Numbered from the stretch's first letter, positions 20,993 through 31,764 are shown. The stretch is 64,000 bases of DNA from an uncultured Eubacteriales bacterium (GCA_934457095.1 CAKSHJ010000009.1:2621-66620), one strand, 5' to 3'. Notes: generated by a model from the letters alone, not told the origin. Numbers and translations are program-made.

Positions 20993-21418
20993 ATGGCTCA
21001 AAAGGTAGCGGGCTTCATTAAGCTGCAAATACCTGCCGGTAAAGCAACGCCGGCGCCGCCGGTTGGTCCGGCTCTCGGTCAGCACGGCGTCAACATTATG
21101 TCTTTTACAAAGGAGTTTAACGAGCGTACTAAAAATGACGCGGGTATGATCATCCCGGTGGTCATTACCGTTTATGCGGACCGTTCGTTCACCTTTATCA
21201 CCAAAACCCCGCCGGCTGCGGTTTTAATCAAAAAAGCCTGCGGTATTGAAAAGGGTTCCGGTGAACCGAACAAAAATAAGGTTTCTAAAATTACAAAAGA
21301 GCAATTGCAGAAAATTGCTGAAACCAAAATGAAAGACTTAAATGCTGCGAATATCGAAACGGCTATCAGTATGATTGCCGGTACGGCTCGCAGCATGGGC
21401 GTAGAAGTTGTAGATTAA
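20993..21418 (+). CDS. rplK: 50S ribosomal protein L11
   Basis: [36 protein letters not shown]. Confidence 0.97.
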   Translation: MAQKVAGFIKLQIPAGKATPAPPVGPALGQHGVNIMSFTKEFNERTKNDAGMIIPVVITVYADRSFTFITKTPPAAVLIKKACGIEKGSGEPNKNKVSKITKEQLQKIAETKMKDLNAANIETAISMIAGTARSMGVEVVD

Positions 21419-21479
21419 ACACCCGGGTGGGAGGAACACCGTAAAATCCGATTTTACCACTCAATAGGGAGGATAAGCA

Positions 21480-22175
21480 ATGAAACACGGTAAAAAATAT
21501 GTTGACAGCGCAAAGCTGATTGACCGTACAAAACTTTATGACGCAGAGCAGGCGCTGGAACTTTGCGTAAAAACAGGCTCGGCCAAATTTGACGAATCTG
21601 TTGAGGTTCATGTGAAATTAGGCGTAGATAGCCGTCATGCCGACCAACAGGTACGCGGTGCAATTGTATTGCCAAACGGTACGGGTAAATCTGTGCGCGT
21701 TGTGGCAATTTGCAAGGGCGACAACGAGAAAGCCGCTAAAGAGGCAGGCGCAGAGCATGTTGGCGCTGAAGAGTTGGTGCAGAAAATTCAAAGCGAGGGC
21801 TGGGCAGACTTTGATGTGCTGATTACCACCCCCGATATGATGGGTCTAGTCGGTCGTTTAGGTAAGGTACTCGGTCCTAGAGGCCTGATGCCAAACCCCA
21901 AGGCCGGCACGGTTACACCGGACATTGGCAAGGCTGTAACTGAGGCCAAAGCCGGTAAAATTGAGTATCGTTTGGATAAAACGAATATCATTCACTGCGT
22001 GATTGGTAAGGTTTCCTTTGGCGCTGAAAAATTGCAGGCAAACTTTGACGCTTTGCTGGATGCAATTGTAAAAGCAAAGCCGGCGGCTGCCAAGGGCCAG
22101 TATATCAAATCCTGTGTGGTGGCTTCCACCATGGGTCCGGGTGTGAAAATTAACCCCGGCAAATTTGCACAATAA
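21480..22175 (+). CDS. rplA: 50S ribosomal protein L1
   Basis: MKHGKKY...[14 protein letters not shown]...[16 protein letters not shown]. Confidence 0.97.
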   Translation: MKHGKKYVDSAKLIDRTKLYDAEQALELCVKTGSAKFDESVEVHVKLGVDSRHADQQVRGAIVLPNGTGKSVRVVAICKGDNEKAAKEAGAEHVGAEELVQKIQSEGWADFDVLITTPDMMGLVGRLGKVLGPRGLMPNPKAGTVTPDIGKAVTEAKAGKIEYRLDKTNIIHCVIGKVSFGAEKLQANFDALLDAIVKAKPAAAKGQYIKSCVVASTMGPGVKINPGKFAQ

Positions 22176-22183
22176 TAAAAAAG

Positions 22184-22411
22184 TTGACAACCCATACTGG
22201 TTGTGCTATTATATTCTACAAGCTGTACTTTATCCAAAGACAGCGGGTGCTGTTTGCGTAACAGAGTTTTTGACTCTACCCGCCGAGGAAAAAGCACAAT
22301 ATACATGCCCTTATAATGTGTATTTGCCTTTCCTGTCTTTCTTTCAAGCAGGGGAGGCTTTTTGTGTTAAGGATAATGGACTGCATCTGACCGATGATGG
22401 AGGTGAATACA
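22184..22411 (+). promoter_or_regulatory. rplJL promoter plus L10-leader-type attenuator
   Basis: TTGACA (22184-22189), 17-nt spacer, TATTAT (22207-22212). The leader contains AAAGACAGCGGGTGC...CCCGCCGAGG. A terminator-like hairpin GCCTTTCCTG / CAGGGGAGGC (22326-22335 / 22349-22358) is followed by T5, just before the rplJ RBS. Confidence 0.6.
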
Positions 22412-22942
22412 TTGCCAAGTGCTAAAATTTTGAAGCAAAAAAAGCAGGCTGTCGCTGATTTGAGTGCGAATTTGAAAGAAAGCTGTGTTGGTGTAATTGT
22501 GAATTACAGCGGTATTAATGTTGCCGACGACACAAAGTTGCGTAAGGAGCTACGTGAGGCGGGCGACACCTATATGGTTGTGAAAAACACATTGCTTTCC
22601 CGTGCTTTAAGGGATGCCGGAATCGAAGGTTTGGACTCTGTACTGGAGGGGACCACTGCGATTGCATATAACAAAGAGGATTATGTTTCCGCAGCAAAAA
22701 TTCTTTCCAAATATGCAGAGGACCACAAGAATTTTACCATTAAAGCCGGCTTTATTGACGGTGCTGTTGTAGATGTAAGTGCTGTGAAAGAGTTGGGCAG
22801 CCTGCCCTCGAAAGAAGTTTTGGTTGCCAAGGCTCTGGGCGGCCTGAATGCACCGATTTCCGGTTTTGCATCTGTGCTTAGCGGCACAATGAGAGGCTTA
22901 GTAGTTGCACTTAACGCGATTGCACAAAAACAAAGCGCATAG
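22412..22942 (+). CDS. rplJ: 50S ribosomal protein L10
   Basis: (M)PSAKILKQKKQAVADLSANLKES. TTG 22412 lies 6 nt after GGAGGTG; the tracked ORF starts at 22394. Confidence 0.93.
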   Translation: MPSAKILKQKKQAVADLSANLKESCVGVIVNYSGINVADDTKLRKELREAGDTYMVVKNTLLSRALRDAGIEGLDSVLEGTTAIAYNKEDYVSAAKILSKYAEDHKNFTIKAGFIDGAVVDVSAVKELGSLPSKEVLVAKALGGLNAPISGFASVLSGTMRGLVVALNAIAQKQSA

Positions 22943-22988
22943 AATGCAGTAAAAAAATTTAAAATGATATTTTTGGAGGTATATTATC

Positions 22989-23375
22989 ATGGCAGAGAAA
23001 AAAGTTGAAAAGTTGATTGAAGATGTAAAGGCACTTACCGTTTTGGAGCTTTCTGAGCTTGTAAAGGCTTTGGAAGAGGAGTTCGGTGTTTCCGCAGCAG
23101 CTCCGGTTGCAGTTGCAGCGGCAGCTCCGGCAGCGGGCGGTGCAGCGGCAGGCGGCGCTGAGAAAACTGAATTTGATGTTGTTCTGAAAGCAGCAGGCGC
23201 AAACAAAATCAATGTAATTAAAGTGGTTAGAGAAGTAACTGGTCTTGGTCTCAAAGAAGCAAAAGAAATCGTTGATGGCGCACCCAAAACATTGAAAGAG
23301 GGCGTTTCCAAAGACGATGCCGATGCAATGGCAGCAAAATTGAAAGAAGCCGGCGCAGAAGTAGAATTGAAATAA
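22989..23375 (+). CDS. rplL: 50S ribosomal protein L7/L12
   Basis: Ala-rich hinge plus C-terminal [22 protein letters not shown]. Confidence 0.97.
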   Translation: MAEKKVEKLIEDVKALTVLELSELVKALEEEFGVSAAAPVAVAAAAPAAGGAAAGGAEKTEFDVVLKAAGANKINVIKVVREVTGLGLKEAKEIVDGAPKTLKEGVSKDDADAMAAKLKEAGAEVELK

Positions 23376-23392
23376 AAAATTTTACCGTAATA

Positions 23393-23426
23393 AAAGCAGG
23401 TTGGAAATTTCCGACCTGCTTTTTTG
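23393..23426. terminator. bidirectional terminator between rplL and sbcC
   Basis: GCAGGTTGG / CCGACCTGC stem (23396-23419), preceded by an A-run and followed by T6. Confidence 0.8.
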
Positions 23427-23431
23427 TGTGC

Positions 23432-26400
23432 TTATAAGTCCTTGACGATGGTAATAGTACTGCCGCCATTTTTGGAGGGTCGTACTTGAATTTGCGTGGG
23501 AATAAGGCTTTTCAACTCACTGACATGGGAGATAATCCCGACGGTACGCCCCATTTTGTGAATTTGTGACAGCGCTTTCATTGCGGTATCTAAAGTTTCA
23601 CGATCCAAAGAACCAAAGCCTTCGTCTATAAAAATGGAATCTAGGCGAATACTGCCGGAATACGATTGCACCACATCGGAGAGACCAAATGCAAGGGAGA
23701 GCGAGGCCAAAAATTGTTCGCCGCCAGAGAGGGTTTCAATGGAGCGAGGAGCGCCGGTAAAGCCGTCCAAGACCTCTAAATCGAGTCCTCTTTTTGCATT
23801 GCCCTCGGTAGAGCCTTCCAAGCGTCGCAGACTGTACCGGCCACGACTGAGTCGAGAAAAAAATTCGTTGGCGTAGGTTAAAATATCGTCAAGCATAACA
23901 CTTAGGATGAACAAATGCAACGGAATTTTTTTCTCATTACTGCCCGAGAGCAACAAATATAATCGATTGGCTTGCTCGTATTGTGTTTGTGCATTTCTGG
24001 TGTTTTCGCTGAGTTTTGTAAGTTCAATCAGTGTTGTTTGAGAGGTTTGCAGTAGTTGTGTTTGACTGCCAATTTTTAAGGAGAGTGTTTGTTGTTGCGC
24101 TTGTAATTGTGCGTATTTTGCTTCCAATGGCGGGAGGTTGGGCATAGTTTGGTCTTTTAATTGCTCATTTAAAAGCCGTAATTGTTCGGCGATGGCTTTT
24201 TTCTGTGTGGTATGGTCTGTAATATCCCGCTCTAAATCCAGCATTTCTTGACGGGAGATATGCATAGCATTTAAATCTGCATCGGCAGAGAGCGACCATG
24301 CGCAGGCTTGCTGTTTTTCTAATAGAACAGACAGTGTTTTTTGTTGAGATTCCTGCGCTTCAAGTAAATCTTTTTTTGCGTGCGTCAGGCTGACCTCTTG
24401 GGAAGCCGATTTTGTGGTGGCCTGTAACCATTGTTGGTCCCATTGTACGGTTTCTTTTTTATATTGTGCCAGCATATTGTGAAAATTTTTCCAAACAGTT
24501 TGTAGGTCATTGATATCCTGTGGTTGGCGTAATCCGGATTGTATCTCCTTAACGGAGGCTTTTACGGAGGCAATTTGTTGTTGATAGTCCGCCATCTCTC
24601 CTTTATTTTTCTCCATAGCCTCTTTTAAACGACTTTGTTCGTGTTGCAATTTTTGCAGACCGATTTCCGATTTGTTCTGTGTAGCTACCATGCTTTTGGT
24701 TTTTTCTATCAGTTCAGTTTGTTGCTGCAACTTCAATGGTAAATCGGTTTGTGTAAGAGGTATTTGTTCGCATAGAGTGATACAATCGGTCAATTGTTTG
24801 TTTTTTTCATCAAGTATTGTTTTTGCACGGGTAAAGGCTTGCAATTCCTGCTGATATTGCGCCTGTAATAGTTCAAGGTGTTGAGTTAATTCGGTCAATT
24901 GTAAGGTGTCAGTTTGCTGTGTGGTATGGGATGTGGCTGGAGTTGGGTGGTGTAGCGAGCCACAAACAGGGCATGGGGCGTTTTCTTGTAAAGTTTGCGC
25001 TATGGTAAGCGCGGAATTTTGCATGATAGCGGTTTGCAAATCTGTTAACTGTTGCTGTGTTTGAGCAAGTGTCTGTTTCTGCTGTTGTATTTTATTTTGT
25101 GCGGTGTTCAGAGCCTGCTGTGCGGTCTGTTGTTCAGTTTGCAATTGTGCCCGAGTCTGAAATTGCCGACTGTATTCAGTTAATATACGAAATTGTTCGT
25201 TATATTCGGGCAGTAGGCGATTCTGTTTTTCCAGTTCTTGCAAATGTTTGGTACCGTTTTGTATGCGTAGCTCTAAAGCGTTTATTTGCGCCTGTATTTG
25301 CGTTTGTTGCTGTTGTTTTTGCTCCGCTATATTTTCCAATTCTTTTTGTTGTGTGCATAGTGTTTCCAGACGTTTTACGGCCTGCATATTGCGCTCTAAA
25401 TCCGGCAGGGTTTGTTCCAAACGTAAAATTTCTTTCTTTTTTTGCGCAATGGAATTTTGTTCATGCCCAAGCATTTCTAAATGTGCTAAGGCCTGTTTAT
25501 AGGATTGTTCGGCAGTTGATAGAGCATTTTGTTTGTGTGTCACGGTCTGTATGGCATTGTGATAATTTTGCCAATACGGAAAAATTTGCTCAATTTGTTT
25601 GGCCGTATCAAGACGCCGTTGTTTTTCCAGAATTTGTGGATTCAGGGATAGAAGCTGTTGTTGAGTTTGTTCCAATTGCTGTTTTTGTGTGAATTTTTGC
25701 AAAAGCGTCTTGGCGGTATGGAGTTCTTCCTGCATTTTCTGCAAGTTTTGCTGCAAATGATTGAATTCTGTTTTTGTGACATGTAATACGGCTGCGGCTT
25801 GCTCACATTTTTCGGACAGCGCTTCTACGGTGTCAACAGCTTCCTGTTGGAGCAGCGTATTCTTTTCGATATAAAGCTGCTCCACGCTCCGAAATAACTC
25901 CTGAGTGTGCTGTTTCATTTTTTCGGTAATTCGAGACCAAATCTGTGTTTTGAATAGGGTTTGTAAAATTTCGGCTTTGCCGTTGGAGTTAGCACGCAAC
26001 AATTTTAGGAAGTCGCCTTGCGGCAATACAATTACCTGCGAAAATTGCTCGCAGGTCAATCCCAATAGCCGTTCGGCGTAGTCCCGAACTTTGGATTCGC
26101 TACCGGCTACAAGCAACTTCCATTGAGCGGTATCGTCAGCGGGATTACCGGCAGTTAACTGGTAACAAGCGTGTTCATCGCGGATTTCCCTTCTGCCACT
26201 GCCACGCACAAAATGTACTGCCTGTGAGCGACAAAAACGGTAACAGGCGTCTCCCAATTCAAAGGAAAAGTCCACGGAAGTGGTCAGGGTATCGTCAGCG
26301 GCGGTACTGCGCATGCCGGACCAGCTACGGCGACCACCGGTGGATTTACAATATAAAGCAAAGCACATTGCGTCCAAAATGGTGGTTTTGCCGCCGCCGG

Positions 26401-26509
26401 TAGCGCCGGTAATTAAAAAAACAGGAGATTTTCCCAATGCGGAAAAATCTATGGTGGTGGGTTGTATGTAAGAGCCGAAGCCTTGCATGGTCATGAAAAT
26501 AGGTTTCAT
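23432..26509 (-). CDS. sbcC: SbcC/Rad50-family DNA repair ATPase
   Basis: 1025 aa. Walker A GATGGGKTT, a very long Gln-rich coiled coil with a central CPVC zinc hook, and C-terminal signature LSGGE plus Walker B FIDEGFG. Confidence 0.9.
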   Translation of the reverse strand: MKPIFMTMQGFGSYIQPTTIDFSALGKSPVFLITGATGGGKTTILDAMCFALYCKSTGGRRSWSGMRSTAADDTLTTSVDFSFELGDACYRFCRSQAVHFVRGSGRREIRDEHACYQLTAGNPADDTAQWKLLVAGSESKVRDYAERLLGLTCEQFSQVIVLPQGDFLKLLRANSNGKAEILQTLFKTQIWSRITEKMKQHTQELFRSVEQLYIEKNTLLQQEAVDTVEALSEKCEQAAAVLHVTKTEFNHLQQNLQKMQEELHTAKTLLQKFTQKQQLEQTQQQLLSLNPQILEKQRRLDTAKQIEQIFPYWQNYHNAIQTVTHKQNALSTAEQSYKQALAHLEMLGHEQNSIAQKKKEILRLEQTLPDLERNMQAVKRLETLCTQQKELENIAEQKQQQQTQIQAQINALELRIQNGTKHLQELEKQNRLLPEYNEQFRILTEYSRQFQTRAQLQTEQQTAQQALNTAQNKIQQQKQTLAQTQQQLTDLQTAIMQNSALTIAQTLQENAPCPVCGSLHHPTPATSHTTQQTDTLQLTELTQHLELLQAQYQQELQAFTRAKTILDEKNKQLTDCITLCEQIPLTQTDLPLKLQQQTELIEKTKSMVATQNKSEIGLQKLQHEQSRLKEAMEKNKGEMADYQQQIASVKASVKEIQSGLRQPQDINDLQTVWKNFHNMLAQYKKETVQWDQQWLQATTKSASQEVSLTHAKKDLLEAQESQQKTLSVLLEKQQACAWSLSADADLNAMHISRQEMLDLERDITDHTTQKKAIAEQLRLLNEQLKDQTMPNLPPLEAKYAQLQAQQQTLSLKIGSQTQLLQTSQTTLIELTKLSENTRNAQTQYEQANRLYLLLSGSNEKKIPLHLFILSVMLDDILTYANEFFSRLSRGRYSLRRLEGSTEGNAKRGLDLEVLDGFTGAPRSIETLSGGEQFLASLSLAFGLSDVVQSYSGSIRLDSIFIDEGFGSLDRETLDTAMKALSQIHKMGRTVGIISHVSELKSLIPTQIQVRPSKNGGSTITIVKDL

Positions 26510-26527
26510 TGGCTGCAGAACGCCTCC

Positions 26528-27700
26528 TTATTCGAGCGGTAGCGGTTCTTCTTTTAGCTGCGTTAGAATAGTTTGGAACAGTGTAATATCTGCCTTTGTA
26601 GGTTCCGTGCTGCAAATTTGCTGTAAAAATTGCGTAAACACTGCAGTTTCGTCTACGGTACGACTTTGCATATTGCGGCGCAGTATTTCTTGCTCCGAGG
26701 TGGTTTGTGCATAAAGCCAATTGCAATGCACAGACAGAATATTCGGAAAATACGGGCGGAGCTGCTCCAGCGGCATGTAAACGGGTACATTGTTTGTTAA
26801 TTCCACTGCCAAATAGTCAGAACACGGGGCGGTTTTGCCAAGAGAGAGCAATTCCTCCAGAGTACCGGTTAGAGTGCGCATATCTCTCACAGGCGCAATG
26901 GGCAGCAGTGTGAGATTACGCTCCTGTTTGGTGAGCCTTAGGAGAGTAAGCGATTTTTGGTGACGTTCCTCATCGAAAGAATATTTTAACGGAGAGCCGC
27001 AGTAAGCGCCGTTTTTACCGACTTGTTGCTGTCCGTGTAAATGTCCTAAGGCGACATAATCAAAACGCCCGAATAAGGCGGGCGGAACCTCTCCGCTGCC
27101 ACCGACGTAAACAGCGCTTTCAGAGTCGCAGGTGATGCTGCCTGCCGCAAAGCAGTGGCATACCAGTACATTGATTGCTGTTTTGTCCAGTTGGCTTTCA
27201 ATGGCGGAGATCACTACCTGATACGCCATGGCAAAACCCTGTATCGAGTCATCGTTAAAATATTGACGCACAGTTGCCGGTTCTATATAGGGCAATAAAT
27301 ATAAATGCAGGACTTCATTGCCGTTTTGTAGTACAACCGGAGTAAATGCGTCCTCTAATTTTGAAGCAATATAAATGCCGCTGCTGCGCAACATACCGGC
27401 GCCCACTGCGATACGGTCTGAACCGTCATGATTGCCAGTAATTACGGCAAAGGGTATTTTATGGCGGCTCATTTCGGTCAGCGTTTTGTCAAACAGGCGA
27501 AGAGCCTCTACCGGGGCAATTTGCCGGTCAAAAATGTCGCCTGCCAATATTACACAGTCAGGGTTTTCTGTTTGTACAGTCGGCAAAAAGCACTCTGTGA
27601 TAAAATGTTCCTGATCCGGTAATAGGGAGCGGCCATAAATCATTTTTCCAAGGTGCCAGTCTGAGGTATGGAGTATTTTCAAGAACAGCGTTCCTTTCAA
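26528..27700 (-). CDS. sbcD: SbcD/Mre11-family nuclease
   Basis: ILHTSDWHLGK, GDIFD, GNHD, and GHLH phosphoesterase motifs. Lies immediately upstream of sbcC. Confidence 0.9.
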   Translation of the reverse strand: MKGTLFLKILHTSDWHLGKMIYGRSLLPDQEHFITECFLPTVQTENPDCVILAGDIFDRQIAPVEALRLFDKTLTEMSRHKIPFAVITGNHDGSDRIAVGAGMLRSSGIYIASKLEDAFTPVVLQNGNEVLHLYLLPYIEPATVRQYFNDDSIQGFAMAYQVVISAIESQLDKTAINVLVCHCFAAGSITCDSESAVYVGGSGEVPPALFGRFDYVALGHLHGQQQVGKNGAYCGSPLKYSFDEERHQKSLTLLRLTKQERNLTLLPIAPVRDMRTLTGTLEELLSLGKTAPCSDYLAVELTNNVPVYMPLEQLRPYFPNILSVHCNWLYAQTTSEQEILRRNMQSRTVDETAVFTQFLQQICSTEPTKADITLFQTILTQLKEEPLPLE

Positions 27701-28416
27701 TAATTGGTTTTGCTATATTTGCCTCTACCGGTTTGCAGGTCGGTATCGACAATCGGTATCATTTTCTCAAAAACGGAGATGTGACGGCGATTCATAGCAC
27801 GGTCTATATGCTGTGCGCCGAAGAACCATTGCTTATAGGTGACCTTATGAACCATTTCCTCTAAAAAGACTTGCAGCGCCGAACGCGGCACATCTTGTCG
27901 GGTTCCCACCAACACATGATTTGGGCAAGGCTCATGGGTTAAAATGTAGTCCACACTCAACCCGCGGTCAAACAGGCGGTTTACACCGGCAATCATTTCC
28001 TCTCTGGTGGGGGTTTCCTCAGGCCACCATTTACCGGTTTCCATATAAATTTCTTTTTCTTCGGTTTCGCCGCCGCCAAAGGCAAAAAAGCTATGATTTT
28101 CTATTTCAAACAACTCTCCCCGCATTAAATGCAGAATATTCGGGCGAATTTCATGCACTTTACCGCCGTTCCATTCTTTTTTGGGATAGGCGTTTAACAA
28201 GTCAAAATTTTCGTGCGTACCCTCTACAAATAAAATGGTGTACGGCTTTTTGCTCAATTGGTCAAGCTGTTTTTCTTCCTTTTTTCCGCCGTCCCAAATA
28301 AAACCGAAGTCACCACATACAATCAGGGTATCCTGCGCGGTTAATTTTTTGGCGGTATCCGTCTGAAAACGGCGAATATCTCCGTGTGTATTACCCGTAA
28401 TGTAAATCACAAGCAT
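27697..28416 (-). CDS. calcineurin-like metallophosphoesterase
   Basis: ITGNTHGD...CGDFGF...EGTHENF motifs. ATG 28416 follows AAAGGAG. Its stop overlaps the sbcD start by 4 nt. Confidence 0.75.
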   Translation of the reverse strand: MLVIYITGNTHGDIRRFQTDTAKKLTAQDTLIVCGDFGFIWDGGKKEEKQLDQLSKKPYTILFVEGTHENFDLLNAYPKKEWNGGKVHEIRPNILHLMRGELFEIENHSFFAFGGGETEEKEIYMETGKWWPEETPTREEMIAGVNRLFDRGLSVDYILTHEPCPNHVLVGTRQDVPRSALQVFLEEMVHKVTYKQWFFGAQHIDRAMNRRHISVFEKMIPIVDTDLQTGRGKYSKTNY

Positions 28417-28551
28417 GCTCCTTTGCAAATGATAAATTGTGAACAATCTGAAAAATCCCTTTTCATTTAGAAACGGAACTGGTATACTTAAATGCAGAGT
28501 TTTCTTAATTTTGAACTACTATTATCATATCACAACGGGGGCAAAATTTCC

Positions 28552-29925
28552 ATGAAAAAAAAGATGATTTCATGCATAGTGGTACTTTTTGCGATTTTTA
28601 TGGCAATCCCGCAATTTTGGACCTTTGCAGCGGAGTTTCATATTGATTTTGAAACCAATTCTAAGGGAATTTATATGGCCAATTTAGATACCGATACTGT
28701 GGTATATGCGAAAAATGCCGATTTAAGGCTGGAGCCGGCTTCCTGCACGAAAATTATGACCTATATTGTCGCCTCCGAGCACATTGGTGACGCACAGGGT
28801 ACGCAAATTACCGTGAGCGATTACATAGAACCCACTTTGTCCGGCACGGGTAGTTCTATGGCCGGCGTAATAACGGGCGAAACGCTCACGGCGCTGCAGC
28901 TTTATAATTTAATGATGGTACCCTCCGGTAACGACGCCTCTTTGGTGCTGGCAGAATATGTGGGCGGGTTGCAAAACGGCGCTACCGGTGAGGAGGCAGT
29001 GCAAAATTTCGTGAAGCTTATGAATGAAAAAGCAGCGCAATTGGGCTGTGGTAACACACATTTTGAGAATCCACATGGGTTGCACGGTGAACAGCATTAT
29101 ACCACTGCCTCAGACTTATATAAGATGACCAAGTATGCGTTGACCCTGCCTTATTTTTCGGACATTACTGCGCAGACTTACTATACGCTACCGGCGACCA
29201 ATAAAAGTGCAAGCTCGCGCACGGTGTATACCACCAATAAAATGATTTCAGAAAATACTGCCGAGAATCCTTACTTTTACCAGTATGCAAGGGGTATTAA
29301 AACCGGTGCACATGACCAAGCCGGTTATTGCTTGGTTTCCAGTGCGGTATATAATGGGTATACCTATATTTGCGTAGCGCTGGGCGCGCCCTCGGTAGAT
29401 GCAAACGGCAGAGAAATTACCCAGCGGGGGGAATCTTTAGATAGCAAAAGGTTGTATCGCTGGGCATTTACCACGCTGCAGAAAAAAGATGTTTTAAAAA
29501 GCACAGACATTGTTGCAGATGTAAAAATTGACTATGTTTGGGATCAGGACAGGTTGCAGCTTTCTCCGGAAAAAGATTTTTCTACCATATTACCAGCGAA
29601 TGTGGATGCCAGCAGTGTGATGCTCACGCCGCATTTGCCCGAGAGCGTAAAAGCCCCGGTAAAACAAGGCGATATCATTGGTACGGCAACTTTGAGTTAT
29701 GCCAATCAGGAGCTTACAACCATCAATTTGGTGGCGGCAAACTCCATGGAAAAAAGTCAGATTTTACAAATAGGTAGTGTGATGAAGCAAATTTTTACTT
29801 CACCTTGGTTTATGATTGTGGCGGCGGTGATAGCTGTTTTAGTGATAGTGTATATTATTTTAATGCTACTTTACCGAAGCAAAAAGAGAAAATTACGTAA
29901 AATTAAAAAATACAGAAGAATGTAA
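28552..29925 (+). CDS. D-alanyl-D-alanine carboxypeptidase (S11, PBP5/6-like) with a C-terminal membrane anchor
   Basis: Signal/TM segment, SxxK (ASCTK), SxN (PSGND), and KTG (IKTGAH) motifs, plus a C-terminal TM segment and basic tail. Confidence 0.88.
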   Translation: MKKKMISCIVVLFAIFMAIPQFWTFAAEFHIDFETNSKGIYMANLDTDTVVYAKNADLRLEPASCTKIMTYIVASEHIGDAQGTQITVSDYIEPTLSGTGSSMAGVITGETLTALQLYNLMMVPSGNDASLVLAEYVGGLQNGATGEEAVQNFVKLMNEKAAQLGCGNTHFENPHGLHGEQHYTTASDLYKMTKYALTLPYFSDITAQTYYTLPATNKSASSRTVYTTNKMISENTAENPYFYQYARGIKTGAHDQAGYCLVSSAVYNGYTYICVALGAPSVDANGREITQRGESLDSKRLYRWAFTTLQKKDVLKSTDIVADVKIDYVWDQDRLQLSPEKDFSTILPANVDASSVMLTPHLPESVKAPVKQGDIIGTATLSYANQELTTINLVAANSMEKSQILQIGSVMKQIFTSPWFMIVAAVIAVLVIVYIILMLLYRSKKRKLRKIKKYRRM

Positions 29926-29938
29926 ATGTTTTGCAGAC

Positions 29939-29967
29939 TTGACAGCGTCTTGGAAATTCTATAAAAT
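29939..29967 (+). promoter_or_regulatory. promoter of rnpB
   Basis: TTGACA (29939-29944), 17-nt spacer, TAAAAT (29962-29967). Confidence 0.6.
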
Positions 29968-29971
29968 AAAT

Positions 29972-30323
29972 ATGCGAGCAGACTGAGCAGTCGCGGGTAC
30001 AACTCGAAAGGGTGTGCTTGAGGAAAGTCCGAGCTCCACAGGGCAGAATAACGGCTAACGGCCGCCGGGGGTGACCCTAGGGATAGTGCAACAGAGAGAT
30101 ACCGCCCGGTTTTTACCGCGGCAAGGGTGGAAAGGCGAGGTAAGAGCTCACCAGCGTACAGGAGACTGTACGGCTATGTAAACCCTATTCGGAGCAACAC
30201 CGCAGAGAAACATATAGCGCTTGCCCGGCGCGTTTCGAGAAGGTGGCATGAGCCGTGGCGGCAACGCCCGGCCAAGATAGATGACTGTTCACGACAGAAC
30301 TCGGCTTATAGGTTTGGTCGCAT
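29972..30323 (+). ncRNA. rnpB: RNase P RNA, bacterial type A
   Basis: Universal core GAGGAAAGTCCGAGCTCCACAGGGCA near the 5' third and ACAGAACTCGGCTTATAGG near the 3' end. P1 pairs ATGCGAGCAGACT with AGGTTTGGTCGCAT. The ends are approximate. Confidence 0.9.
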
Positions 30324-30324
30324 G

Positions 30325-30357
30325 AAAGGACCTCTCTTTTTTGAGAGGTCTTTTTTA
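30325..30357 (+). terminator. intrinsic terminator after rnpB
   Basis: GACCTCTC / GAGAGGTC stem (30329-30350), then T6. Confidence 0.85.
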
Positions 30358-30447
30358 TTTGCGCATAAAAAAGAAAAGCAGCTTACCAAATGATAAACTG
30401 CTTTTCTCAATGGTTCAGTTGTTCGTCACCCCAGCGAACAACTCAAA

Positions 30448-31764
30448 TTATTCTTCGGTATTTTTCTTGGAAGAAGCTTGCTCGAAAGTGGTAACCGGAG
30501 CAAATTTTTCCTCAAGCGGGTCAATTTGAATCTGCATGAACTCTTGATAAGAAGTTTCAACAAGTTTGAAATCGGAACGGTCCAAACCGGCAATTTCCTC
30601 TTCTTTGTGTGCACGCAGACCTACGGTAAACTTCAAAATGAAGAATACAATGGTCATAACGGCAGCGCCCCATGCCAAAATTGAGAATACACCCAAGGTT
30701 TGAACGCCGAAGAAGCTCCAGCCATGGCCATAGAATACGCCGTCTGTGGTGGAGAACAAACCGGTTAAAATAGTGCCGGCCGTACCGCAGAAGCAGTGCA
30801 GACCAACAGCGCCAACCGGGTCGTCTACCTTGAATACCTTGTCGACCAGCTCGATACCGAATACCATAACAAAGGAAACGATAACGCCGATGCAGAAAGC
30901 GCCCCAAGGCTCAATTTGGTCACAGCCGGCTGTAATGGCCACCAGGCCTGCAAGCGGTGCATTGAGCATCATAGCAACATTGGGCTTTTTGTATTTTACC
31001 CATGTAATGAACAAAACGGTAACGGTAGAAGCCGCTGCGGCAATGTTAGAGGAGAGGAATACATTTGATGCAGTGACCATGTCGTCTGCGGTTGCGGTAA
31101 TGGTGGAGCAGCCGTTAAAGCCGAACCAGCCAAACCACAGCACGAATGTACCCATACCTGCCAGCGTTAAAGAGTGAGCAGGCATCTCTCTGGATTTGCC
31201 GTTTTTGTCGTATTTACCGATACGCGGGCCGAGAATAGCTGCGCCCACCAGTGCAATGATACCGCCAAGACCGTGAACAGATGCAGAACCTGCAAAGTCA
31301 TGGAAGCCCATTTGGCTGAGCCAACCACCGCCCCATGCCCAGTGACCTGCAACAGGGTATACAAAACCGCTGATGATGGTGCTGTAAATGAGGAAGGATT
31401 TAAAGTTGACTCTCTCCAGCATGGAGCCGGATACAACCGCAGCGGTTGTTGCACAGATTGCACCCTGGAACATCACATATGCATAGTTGGGCACAGTCAG
31501 CTCCAGGTAATCGTAGCTTCGCATAGCAAGGAAGTTAAAGTCGCCGAAAATCGGGTTGCCGTTGCCGCCGAACATAAAGCCGTAGCCGAATGCCCAGAAT
31601 ACAAGAGATGCAATGGCAAAATCCAGCAGATTGTCAATCCAAGCGGTGCTGGAATTCTTTACTCTTGAGAAACCGGTTTCCAACAAAGCAAAACCGCTAT
31701 GCATAAAGAAAATAAACATAGTTCCGAATAGAATCCAAAGGGTATCTATTGCTGAAATTTCCAT
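30448..31764 (-). CDS. amt: ammonium transporter
   Basis: 438 aa polytopic protein. Amt signatures are present (FFMHSGFALLETG, AGSASVHGLGG, VGLHCFCG). Confidence 0.9.
   Translation of the reverse strand: MEISAIDTLWILFGTMFIFFMHSGFALLETGFSRVKNSSTAWIDNLLDFAIASLVFWAFGYGFMFGGNGNPIFGDFNFLAMRSYDYLELTVPNYAYVMFQGAICATTAAVVSGSMLERVNFKSFLIYSTIISGFVYPVAGHWAWGGGWLSQMGFHDFAGSASVHGLGGIIALVGAAILGPRIGKYDKNGKSREMPAHSLTLAGMGTFVLWFGWFGFNGCSTITATADDMVTASNVFLSSNIAAAASTVTVLFITWVKYKKPNVAMMLNAPLAGLVAITAGCDQIEPWGAFCIGVIVSFVMVFGIELVDKVFKVDDPVGAVGLHCFCGTAGTILTGLFSTTDGVFYGHGWSFFGVQTLGVFSILAWGAAVMTIVFFILKFTVGLRAHKEEEIAGLDRSDFKLVETSYQEFMQIQIDPLEEKFAPVTTFEQASSKKNTEE

Noticed and set aside
22165-22425. 86-aa plus-strand ORF upstream of rplJ
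   Set aside because: It covers the rplJ promoter, L10 leader and attenuator hairpin, and has no RBS.
25057-25692. 211-aa plus-strand ORF inside sbcC
   Set aside because: Antisense to the Gln-rich coiled-coil region (CAG/CAA repeats read as Cys/Val/Phe-rich nonsense).
30127-30393. 88-aa plus-strand ORF
   Set aside because: It lies inside the RNase P RNA gene and its terminator.
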